Positions 1-7,185 of a stretch of 43,753 nucleotides of DNA are shown here, in pieces. The stretch lies in IMG/VR virus record IMGVR_UViG_3300045988_081405. One strand, given 5' to 3'. Within the stretch, counting starts at the first letter, position 1, and every line of letters starts with the position of its first letter. The notes beneath the pieces are model-generated. The model did no database searches, was not told the DNA's origin, and saw only the letters and a list, made by a program, of their open reading frames with translations. The position numbers were made by a program, and so were the translations under genes. Source of the DNA: a virus.

Positions 1-55
1 TGTTCGTTTATTATTCTTTAATTCCGCTTTCAACTCGTTCAATGATACGGAGGCT
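1..55. repeat. Terminal direct repeat, identical to 43699-43753 (circularisation/assembly overlap)
   Basis: TGTTCGTTTATTATTCTTTAATTCCGCTTTCAACTCGTTCAATGATACGGAGGCT occurs at both ends of the window. Confidence 0.97.
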
Positions 56-453
56 GTTTCCAATGAGCTCGCTTGCTCGGTTATTACTTCTGATGCCTTC
101 GCTAACTCTTCGCCCTGTTTCTTGTTGATATCCTTCAAGGCGATTAAGTCCTTCTCCCTCTCTTCGTTGATAATCTTCAATTCTTGCAATTCTGTCGCTT
201 GCTTGACTGTTAAGCTCTGAGCTTCGTTCAATGACAAGTTTGAGTTCTTGATTGAGGCGTCGGCTTCGATTAAGTTCGTTTTGAGTTTGTTCCAATCGCT
301 CAATGGCACGGTTATAGTTTCCTCTTGCTGTGAGGTAGCCGTCGATGAGCTGGCATGCACCAACGATGAGCAACAAAGCACCAGCAGACACAATAAACCG
401 CTTAACAGTAATTTGAGATTTAACCGCGTTGAGGTATATTTTACATTTCTCAT
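1..453 (-). CDS. N-terminal 151 codons of a 177-aa +1-frame ORF overlapping the spanin gene; continues across the circular junction to the stop at 43618
   Basis: Hand translation from the ATG at 453 shows no stop in this frame (MRNVKYTSTRLNLKLLLSGLLCLLVLCCSSLVHASSS...). It is absent from the ORF track because it runs off the window start. Confidence 0.4.
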   Translation of the reverse strand, partial: MRNVKYTSTRLNLKLLLSGLLCLLVLCCSSLVHASSSTATSQQEETITVPLSDWNKLKTNLIEADASIKNSNLSLNEAQSLTVKQATELQELKIINEEREKDLIALKDINKKQGEELAKASEVITEQASSLETASVSLNELKAELKNNKRT

Positions 454-457
454 ACAT
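11..457 (-). CDS. Spanin-like lysis protein (N-terminal TM helix plus charged coiled coil; i-spanin-like)
   Basis: Last gene of the holin-endolysin cassette. Hydrophobic FIVSAGALLLIVGACQLI segment followed by an E/R/Q-rich helical region. RBS AAGGGGG lies 5 nt upstream of the ATG. Confidence 0.6.
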   Translation of the reverse strand: MYEKCKIYLNAVKSQITVKRFIVSAGALLLIVGACQLIDGYLTARGNYNRAIERLEQTQNELNRSRRLNQELKLVIERSSELNSQASDRIARIEDYQRREGEGLNRLEGYQQETGRRVSEGIRSNNRASELIGNSLRIIERVESGIKE

Positions 458-472
458 ATTAACCCCCTTATA

Positions 473-862
473 TTAGTCCTGGTCAGTCCAACGAGCAACC
501 CAACCTCTAACATCAACATGAACGAAATCTTGATTGTAATATCGACCAATACCATCCGCCCCACATTCCTCGGCAACTTGTGCAAGGTAATCAACATCAA
601 TGCCGTCATAGGTGATATCGGCTGCCGTCCCTAATACATGTTGAGAATTAGGAACACCGCCAACTTCTGCGTTATGTTCAAGGCACCGATAACCGCTTAA
701 TACTTCAATAGGCTTACCAATGCGTTCGCGGATAGCATCCAATACGTCAACTAAACGCTTATCAATGATATGGTCTAAAATAGGATGACCTTCGCCGTCA
801 TATCCATGACGGCCGCATTTGCATGCGAATTCATAATCATCAAAATAAGTTCCTACTTTCAT
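473..862 (-). CDS. Endolysin, peptidase M15 (D-Ala-D-Ala carboxypeptidase/L-Ala-D-Glu peptidase-like, zinc)
   Basis: SGYRC..HN, SQH..G.AADI and VHVD zinc-ligand pattern; position next to the holin. Confidence 0.8.
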   Translation of the reverse strand: MKVGTYFDDYEFACKCGRHGYDGEGHPILDHIIDKRLVDVLDAIRERIGKPIEVLSGYRCLEHNAEVGGVPNSQHVLGTAADITYDGIDVDYLAQVAEECGADGIGRYYNQDFVHVDVRGWVARWTDQD

Positions 863-887
863 AAGTACACCTCTTTCAAATATAAAA

Positions 888-915
888 AGCTACGTTTCTA
901 ATATATGAACGTAGC
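888..915 (-). terminator. Terminator-like hairpin between holin and endolysin
   Basis: On the minus strand: GCTACGTT, 11-nt loop, AACGTAGC, then TTTTTAT. Confidence 0.4.
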
Positions 916-933
916 AACAAAAACAACACCATA

Positions 934-1464
934 TTATTTTTTTAAAATCAAATCTACCTTAGCATGTACTACATCGAGCAGTCCTGCTATAGCTGTATTT
1001 CCACCATCTCGCATGTTTTCTAAAATAGATAAAAACTCTACGGATCCGAGATATAACCATACTAGATTTACAGCGAAAGCGTATTGACCTGCCATGTAAT
1101 CAAAACACCATGCAGCTCCAGTCGCTAGGCAATAGGTCAATACCTTTGTTACAAACGGCTTCCGCATGTGTTTAGATGATATCAACCCCTTACCCCATGC
1201 TACAGGAATAGCAACGTATTTATCCCAACTGCTTATATTATCAGGATTAGCTCCCATATCAATTAGCATTTTATAGCTAATAGCCGACCAACGAGTAATT
1301 AAATCAAGAAATACCAGGATAATGAATATACCCAATACCTGAATATGCTTTAAACCAAGGATGTATATTGCTACTTCGGCAATAACTGCAAGCATAGCTT
1401 TAATTGCAAAAGACTCTGATAGAGTTCTCCACGCATCATCTATAAAGTTAATTACTTCTTGCAT
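934..1464 (-). CDS. Holin (multi-TM phage holin family)
   Basis: 176 aa with several hydrophobic helices, located directly upstream of the endolysin. Confidence 0.7.
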   Translation of the reverse strand: MQEVINFIDDAWRTLSESFAIKAMLAVIAEVAIYILGLKHIQVLGIFIILVFLDLITRWSAISYKMLIDMGANPDNISSWDKYVAIPVAWGKGLISSKHMRKPFVTKVLTYCLATGAAWCFDYMAGQYAFAVNLVWLYLGSVEFLSILENMRDGGNTAIAGLLDVVHAKVDLILKK

Positions 1465-1632
1465 CTATTCTCCTTTCGTTGGTTCGGTTTCACTTTCGTT
1501 TTCGTTTAAAGACAATAAAGCATTATGTACACATCCTTCAGTAGGACACGTGCCATCATCATTGAGTACTTCCCAACAGTACTCACAAAATTCCATTACA
1601 GGAACTTTGCTTTCTCCAACATATTTAGGCAT
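1465..1632 (-). CDS. Small zinc-ribbon-like protein (55 aa), not in the ORF track
   Basis: Hand translation gives MPKYVGESKVPVMEFCEYCWEVLNDDGTCPTEGCVHNALLSLNENESETEPTKGE. RBS GGAGGTG is upstream. Its stop TAG abuts the holin ATG. Cys pattern is CxxC...CxxxxC. Confidence 0.55.
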   Translation of the reverse strand: MPKYVGESKVPVMEFCEYCWEVLNDDGTCPTEGCVHNALLSLNENESETEPTKGE

Positions 1633-1633
1633 A

Positions 1634-2026
1634 TTATTGCACCTCCTTGATTCGTGCTACCATTTCATTATTCAATTTGATATATTGCGCACTAATTGCA
1701 TTAGTAGGTTTCCCCATAAGTAGCAAGCGGCGTTGAGCTTCTTCTAATGTTTTAAATCGAGGTTCATACTCTGCTTTAATAGCATTAATTTTATCTTCTT
1801 TTGTTGGAACATATTCAACTATAGGTGGATCTACAAATTCACCATTTACATACGCTTTACCACTGATGAATTGTGATTGCATTTCACTATCCCCTGTTAC
1901 GATGTTAGCAGATGGATATGTTTGTTTGGCTAATTGTTCTGTTTCTTCAAGAGTATCCGCATGAACACCTACAACGTAGGAAGTTTGGCGAACACCATGC
2001 TCATTTAATACAAATACATAGTTCAT
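1634..2026 (-). CDS. Hypothetical protein (possibly tail-fibre associated or assembly-like)
   Basis: 130-aa ORF with an AAAGGA RBS. First minus-strand gene after the shufflon block. No recognisable motif. Confidence 0.5.
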   Translation of the reverse strand: MNYVFVLNEHGVRQTSYVVGVHADTLEETEQLAKQTYPSANIVTGDSEMQSQFISGKAYVNGEFVDPPIVEYVPTKEDKINAIKAEYEPRFKTLEEAQRRLLLMGKPTNAISAQYIKLNNEMVARIKEVQ

Positions 2027-2052
2027 ACTTTTATCCTTTCTTGGAGGTAGAA

Positions 2053-2958
2053 ATGAAATTAATCGAGAAATTAAAAGGGGCTCATGAACGCCCCTATGTT
2101 GCGTATAAAGTTGTTGGTTATTATTCCTCTTATAATGAGGCTATGGATGCATTATCCCATGTGCATACATTAGATGATGTGTATCATTCGTGGTTAGCGT
2201 TACATTCATTAAATGTTTCATCACATACCATGAAAGGATATGAATGTGCTTATCATCATGTATCATCAATATCTCACCGCCCTATCAACGAAATCACATA
2301 TATGGAGTTGCAAAATATAATATCAGATATGCTAAATAGCGGACTCTCTTATTCCTCGTGTAAGAAAGTTCGCTCTTTACTTAATCAACTATATTCATTT
2401 GCAATTATTAATGACTGGTGTTCAAAATCATACAGTCAATATTTGAATATTGGTCACAATATTCCAGTTCGTCCACGTAAGGTGTTTACTACGAATCAAA
2501 TCAACCGACTTTGGAATATCAATGCGGAATTACCTTTAATGCTCTTATACACTGGAATGCGTGCCAGTGAATTAATTAATCTAAAAAGTACAGATATTAA
2601 TCGAAAACAACGATATTTAAAAGTTACATCAAGCAAAACTAAAGCAGGAATCCGCATCATTCCCATCCATCATCGCATATGGCCATTTATTGAATATCGA
2701 CTATCTAATAAATGGATCATAGAGGAAAGGAATTATGTTTCTCTTTCGCACGCCTTTAAGTTAGCCATGAAAGCTATTAATGCTAAACACACGCCCCATG
2801 ATTGCCGTCATTCATTCGCTACTAGATTAGATGATGTAGGTGCCAACTACAATGCTAAACGATTATTGCTCGGTCATGCATCATCCAATGTTACAGATGG
2901 TGTATATACTCATAAATCACTTAGGCAATTACGCAAGGCAATCGAAATGCTTAAATGA
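2053..2958 (+). CDS. Tyrosine recombinase (predicted shufflon-specific invertase, Rci-like role)
   Basis: GGAGG RBS at 2043-2047 and ATG at 2053. Motifs are TGMRASEL (Arg), HDCRHSFATRL (HxxR) and LLGH...GVYTH (His/Tyr). Its stop codon abuts the first CCAAGGGGGAA site. Confidence 0.85.
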   Translation: MKLIEKLKGAHERPYVAYKVVGYYSSYNEAMDALSHVHTLDDVYHSWLALHSLNVSSHTMKGYECAYHHVSSISHRPINEITYMELQNIISDMLNSGLSYSSCKKVRSLLNQLYSFAIINDWCSKSYSQYLNIGHNIPVRPRKVFTTNQINRLWNINAELPLMLLYTGMRASELINLKSTDINRKQRYLKVTSSKTKAGIRIIPIHHRIWPFIEYRLSNKWIIEERNYVSLSHAFKLAMKAINAKHTPHDCRHSFATRLDDVGANYNAKRLLLGHASSNVTDGVYTHKSLRQLRKAIEMLK

Positions 2959-2969
2959 CCAAGGGGGAA
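2959..2969 (+). repeat. Recombination core site A (CCAAGGGGGAA)
   Basis: Exact 11-mer, immediately after the recombinase stop codon and at the start of silent cassette A. Confidence 0.8.
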
Positions 2970-3190
2970 GAGTAAATATTACTGTAGGGCGTAATATTTA
3001 CAATGATGACACTGTATACCCTATTGCATTTAATAATCTCCCATCAGTTAATATTATTAATATTGCTGATGCATTAGACCAAGATGGATGGGTAACTAGC
3101 GCAATTAAATCTATCACAAATTTAAAATTCACTTATATGACTGCACAAAATAGTGTAACTGGCATTAGTTGGATTGCTATTGGTAATTAG
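2960..3190 (+). other. Silent tail-fibre C-terminal cassette A (76 aa, QGGRVNIT...WIAIGN)
   Basis: Open frame beginning QGG at the core site. No start codon or RBS of its own. Shares the YPIAF and IAIGN-stop motifs with the expressed fibre tip. Confidence 0.75.
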
Positions 3191-3201
3191 CCAAGGGGGA
3201 A
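3191..3201 (+). repeat. Recombination core site B (CCAAGGGGGAA)
   Basis: Exact 11-mer directly after the cassette A stop TAG. Confidence 0.8.
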
Positions 3202-3431
3202 GAAAATTAAATTTAACCATTTATGATGGTAAAAAATATGATGTTCAATTTCCTATTTCTTATGCAAAAGAATGTATTGGTGTTTTACAAACATTAGAAT
3301 GGCCTATTGCTATTGGTGGTGCATCAGTTGCTTATACCGATAAAAGAACTACTACTGGTTATACAATCGTTGCTGATGCATCTAGTGCAGCATATAATAG
3401 TGATTTATTTTATGTTGCGTTCGGAATTTAG
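3192..3431 (+). other. Silent tail-fibre C-terminal cassette B (79 aa, QGGRKLNL...YVAFGI)
   Basis: Open frame from QGG at site B, in a different frame from cassette A. No start or RBS. Carries the FPISY and VAFGI-stop motifs. Confidence 0.75.
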
Positions 3432-3442
3432 CCAAGGGGGAA
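3432..3442 (+). repeat. Recombination core site C (CCAAGGGGGAA)
   Basis: Exact 11-mer directly after the cassette B stop TAG. Confidence 0.8.
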
Positions 3443-3696
3443 ATGATAGCGATACACAGGCCTATTACGATATAGGAAGTCAACAAAGGCAAGAGCAGTT
3501 TACTTTCCCGATAGCATTTAAATTTAAGCCATTACATGTACATCCATATGCAGTTAATAAAGTAGAATTAAGACATTTATCACGGATTGGAATTAGTGAT
3601 AGCCAAATTACACCTACTGGATTTACAGCTGGAATAAGCGAGAATTCTAATGTAATAGAACAAATTAAAATGAGGTATATTGCTGTTGGTATTTAA
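3433..3696 (+). other. Silent tail-fibre C-terminal cassette C (87 aa, QGGNDSDT...YIAVGI)
   Basis: Open frame from QGG at site C, in the third frame. Carries the FPIAF and IAVGI-stop motifs. Confidence 0.75.
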
Positions 3697-3707
3697 ATAC
3701 CAACAGC
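3682..3707. repeat. Perfect 26-bp palindrome GCTGTTGGTATTTAAATACCAACAGC at the convergent ends of cassette C and the expressed fibre tip
   Basis: Both convergent reading frames end with the identical codons GCT GTT GGT ATT TAA, and their stop codons overlap. Confidence 0.9.
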
Positions 3708-4679
3708 AAGCCAACAACCATTATTACGAGACTTAGGATAGTTAGTGTTATTGCTACCACTTACCATTTTAAACGTGCTCGCCGTGATCGCCTTTGGTCT
3801 AATCATCATCTCGTGCCATGGAGTTGGCTCATCTAGCATCATAGGAAGTACTGCCAGTACTTCGTTAAAACGAATAGGAAATGTTATAGATGCAATTTCA
3901 GGGACAAATTTTCCCCCTTGGATAATTAAATTCCCAAGCAGCTTGCCCAAACAGATATACCACGCATTTACATTGCTGAAATCATATCTGATTCCAAGGC
4001 CTGTTGCTTTCTCACTTTCCAAGGCATTGACTACATCGGTTGCGTTTTTGATGTTTAGTCCGCTCAAAATGGTTTTCACAAGTTGTAAAGTAGGTGCTTT
4101 TGCTAATGAATCGCTATCATCTACGCTAGTAATCATGTTATTTACTTGCTGAATAACAGCGTTGAAACGATCGTCATGTGCATGTTCGTCCTTATTATGA
4201 TGAGCAATACCATCTTCTAGTTGTTCATAAGTAATGTACAAATGACTTTGATAATTTACCTGAACAACAGCATCGCCTACCCCTAATTGAATACCTAACA
4301 TTTTTTCGTCAACGCTTGTATTCGGCGGAATATAACTAGCATTAGAGCCTGCATTTGTATAAGCAAATAATTGCTCTTCACCTTCTTCACCGAGTTTAGC
4401 GAACAACCCCAATTCTCTTGCGAAGAACCCTACTGTCAATCCACTATTGCTAACAGTAGACACAGCTTCGATTTCACCGTTGCCTAAATGATTGATTTTA
4501 GGAACATTTCCATCCATCAAACGATGTTTTAGGCCTGTCATAGTTTCGATAGTTTCACCATTTAACAAGCCATCGCCTAATGAAATTTTAGTAAATATAA
4601 TTGCAGAATGAGTTCTGATTGACTCCGTAACCATATTCTTCCCTTGATTGGTGGTTACAATTCTTCCATAATCACTCAT
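3693..4679 (-). CDS. Tail fibre protein (tail-collar fibre N-terminus; currently expressed C-terminal cassette D at 3693-3920)
   Basis: N-terminus is like P2/Mu-type fibre N-domains. Follows the baseplate genes. Contains the inverted core site inside the codons for IIQGGK. Confidence 0.8.
   Translation of the reverse strand: MSDYGRIVTTNQGKNMVTESIRTHSAIIFTKISLGDGLLNGETIETMTGLKHRLMDGNVPKINHLGNGEIEAVSTVSNSGLTVGFFARELGLFAKLGEEGEEQLFAYTNAGSNASYIPPNTSVDEKMLGIQLGVGDAVVQVNYQSHLYITYEQLEDGIAHHNKDEHAHDDRFNAVIQQVNNMITSVDDSDSLAKAPTLQLVKTILSGLNIKNATDVVNALESEKATGLGIRYDFSNVNAWYICLGKLLGNLIIQGGKFVPEIASITFPIRFNEVLAVLPMMLDEPTPWHEMMIRPKAITASTFKMVSGSNNTNYPKSRNNGCWLAVGI
3911..3921 (-). repeat. Recombination core site D (inverted copy, TTCCCCCTTGG on the plus strand) inside the tail-fibre gene
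   Basis: Reverse complement is exactly CCAAGGGGGAA and encodes Q-G-G in the fibre frame. Confidence 0.8.
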
Positions 4680-5311
4680 CGACTACCTCCATAGATTTTA
4701 ATTTTATCAACATTAATAAGCACCATTCCGATTTTAGGCTGTCCTGATGCACGGATAACAGGATCACTTTTAGCGTATTTTATTGTTTGCTTATCAAGTA
4801 CATTAACCACACCACCTATACAGAGTTGCGTATGTGCTTGATGTAATTCAGCAACAACATACGTCAAATGAGCTGGCTTGTATTTATCGACCAGCTCACG
4901 AACTGTTTCAACGTAAGCAGCTACGTCTAATGCAACTTTAAATTCATTAGGTTTAGTGTTTTCTAAAACATGAGCACCACATACAGGAACTATTTGATTA
5001 ATAATTGTTTCTAACTGTTTAACGGTAATAGTTTTAGTACCTTGAATTTTCACTAACAGATTTTGCCGACGTTGATTTATTGTTAAATGCTTGTTAGTTT
5101 TTATACCATATACTCTTTCCCAATCAGAAAGGCCCCATGTAGCACTTTCAACAAACAACTGTTTGCATATATCAATAATAAGCAATCTTTGCTTTTCATG
5201 TTCTTCACTTAAAGCGTCTTCAGTAGCTTTAAATGAGCCATCATTCTTAAGAAATTTAGGTAAATAGCGAAGCACATCAACTTTATAAGTCCTTAATAGT
5301 TCAAATATCAT
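4676..5311 (-). CDS. Baseplate/tail protein, XkdU/DUF2313-like (Mu gp48-like)
   Basis: Synteny after baseplate J; sequence resembles the YmfQ/XkdU family. Confidence 0.6.
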   Translation of the reverse strand: MIFELLRTYKVDVLRYLPKFLKNDGSFKATEDALSEEHEKQRLLIIDICKQLFVESATWGLSDWERVYGIKTNKHLTINQRRQNLLVKIQGTKTITVKQLETIINQIVPVCGAHVLENTKPNEFKVALDVAAYVETVRELVDKYKPAHLTYVVAELHQAHTQLCIGGVVNVLDKQTIKYAKSDPVIRASGQPKIGMVLINVDKIKIYGGSR

Positions 5312-6345
5312 TGTATGTTCACCTCACCTAATGTAGGTAAATCTTCATCGTTAATAACAATGCTTTTATCATCATTGTTAATTCGCAAATTTTGATAGTC
5401 AATAGCGCCAGCATCGATAATAAAGCTACCTACTTTTGCAATCGATAATTTATTAATTTCACCGTTATTAATGACTGACTTTTCAAGATCTATTAAATAG
5501 TCATTCATCATTTCCTTGAATTTGTCTAATACAAAGCCTTTACCTTCAACAGTAGCCGTTATATTAATCACTTTAGGAGTTGCACTAACTACAGTTACCA
5601 TAGCACCCATAGGGCGAACGCTTTCAATGTAATCTTTAACCGCTGTTATTAGCTCAGTAGAGGCTTGTTTAAACTCAGAATTAATAATAATGACTTTAAC
5701 AGAACCAGGACCATTCCATGTAGGTATGATTTTCACACCCCCTACACCAGGAACAGACATAGCCCATTCATAATAGTGCATTTTATTTCCGGATGTGCCA
5801 GGATAGCGAACATGCAACAAATAGCGTTCGCGTAAATTATCATCGCTCTCTTCTTCGAAACCGTCTTTTGTTGGTTGTGCATTGATAACGCTGTTAATAC
5901 CAGGAATTGACATCGGAATTGTATCAATCGTATTTACTGCTACATTACCACCACTACCAGTTGCAATAGCTTGAACCTTAACTTCTTGACTGCCGTTAAT
6001 CGTTGCAGTTTCTAGCGTTTCGAATAGTACTCCGCCAGCGGTAGAAAATTGACTACCTTTAGGCAATACTCCATTGCCTTTAACAGTAACAGATCCTATC
6101 GCATTTGTAGCTACCTTTCGAATGATACCAGCTTCTTTAGCACGCATAGTTAAGAAATCGCCGTATGATGTATCCGCAAACGCTACTTTATAGAGTTCAC
6201 CTAATTCAACATAGGTCTTCATAAATTCAATAGCATTAGACGAGAATACATCATATTCAAATGTACCCTCAAATTTACTCATCGGAAGTTGCGATTGTAA
6301 TTGGAGGCTTTTTAAAATCTCGTCTGATGTTGGAATATTAAACAT
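5308..6345 (-). CDS. Baseplate J-like protein (XkdT/Mu gp47-like)
   Basis: 345 aa; position and family-like sequence. Confidence 0.7.
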   Translation of the reverse strand: MFNIPTSDEILKSLQLQSQLPMSKFEGTFEYDVFSSNAIEFMKTYVELGELYKVAFADTSYGDFLTMRAKEAGIIRKVATNAIGSVTVKGNGVLPKGSQFSTAGGVLFETLETATINGSQEVKVQAIATGSGGNVAVNTIDTIPMSIPGINSVINAQPTKDGFEEESDDNLRERYLLHVRYPGTSGNKMHYYEWAMSVPGVGGVKIIPTWNGPGSVKVIIINSEFKQASTELITAVKDYIESVRPMGAMVTVVSATPKVINITATVEGKGFVLDKFKEMMNDYLIDLEKSVINNGEINKLSIAKVGSFIIDAGAIDYQNLRINNDDKSIVINDEDLPTLGEVNIQ

Positions 6346-6766
6346 TTATATTAATACCTCCATATATCGTTGTTAATTCAATTTGACAATCGACCTTATC
6401 ACCATTCGCATCGAACTCGATACTATCAACCGACTTAATATAAGGGTTAACCATAAGGCACTCTATAATCACTCGTTTAAGTTCTGAATAGCGTTCACCA
6501 ACGCTCATGACTTTACCTATGAACGGCTTCAACTCAATACCATATCGAGTAGAATATGCTAGGTATTGATTGCGTTCGGTTTTAAGTGCTTTGTATACCC
6601 AAATTTTCAACGCTTCATCACCCTCTAAGGCTATTCGTTTACCACTTGAGTCATATCGGAATGTATCGCTTTCAAAATTCCAATCATATTCACGAAATAA
6701 TGGTAAATCATTTTGACTAGACTCAACTGTACGAGTTAACCCGGCAAAAGGATATTCTTCGCTCAT
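6338..6766 (-). CDS. Baseplate protein, XkdS/DUF2634-like (gp25/W-like)
   Basis: Size and synteny in a PBSX-like baseplate operon. Confidence 0.6.
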   Translation of the reverse strand: MSEEYPFAGLTRTVESSQNDLPLFREYDWNFESDTFRYDSSGKRIALEGDEALKIWVYKALKTERNQYLAYSTRYGIELKPFIGKVMSVGERYSELKRVIIECLMVNPYIKSVDSIEFDANGDKVDCQIELTTIYGGININV

Positions 6767-7185
6767 AGTTTCACCACCTTTTGACCTATGTAATAAAGCT
6801 GTTCACCTTGTCCGTATACAGGAAATACAGTTACTTCATCACCTACTCGCAAGGTATCAGTCATATTAATGGTATCGGTATAGTCATTGTGAATATCATG
6901 CGTATGACTAGCAAATTCTGCTAACCCACCACCGCCTGACCGTGGTTGTGTTTCGCTTATGATGTGGCCCTCAGCTTCACGATGATGTCCTGGCTTCCAA
7001 TAGTCATTCAAATATATTTGCTCGTTGGTAATGTCGATATTATCAACGCGAATAACCAGGTTAGGAAATGGCGATGTAACAAGTCCAATTCGCATCCCCA
7101 TAGGCTGTTCGCCTTTAGCTATACCGTGAATTGTATCAACCATTTTAGCCATCGAATGTGCAGCACTAGGAATATCATTCAACAT
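6763..7185 (-). CDS. Baseplate spike/plug protein, XkdR/DUF2577-like (Mu gp45-like)
   Basis: Size and synteny. Confidence 0.55.
   Translation of the reverse strand: MLNDIPSAAHSMAKMVDTIHGIAKGEQPMGMRIGLVTSPFPNLVIRVDNIDITNEQIYLNDYWKPGHHREAEGHIISETQPRSGGGGLAEFASHTHDIHNDYTDTINMTDTLRVGDEVTVFPVYGQGEQLYYIGQKVVKL

Noticed and set aside
1912-2052. Longer N-terminal extension of the shufflon recombinase suggested by the ORF track
   Set aside because: The extension overlaps the divergent gene 1634-2026 and has no RBS. A GGAGG RBS precedes the ATG at 2053, and the recombinase homology starts there.
2053-4679. Diversity-generating retroelement as the explanation for the variable fibre tips
   Set aside because: There is no reverse transcriptase ORF anywhere in the genome. 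The cassettes differ throughout rather than at adenine-specific positions, and they are bounded by an exact recombination core next to a tyrosine recombinase.
5742-5927. Same-strand nested ORFs inside larger genes (5742-5927, 9391-9639, 10036-10248, 21043-21306, 31355-31594, 35175-35360, 35899-36126)
   Set aside because: These are short, have no RBS or coupling signals, and have an odd amino-acid composition. Unlike the spanin overlap, they cover only a fraction of the host gene, and I saw no codon-choice signature protecting them.
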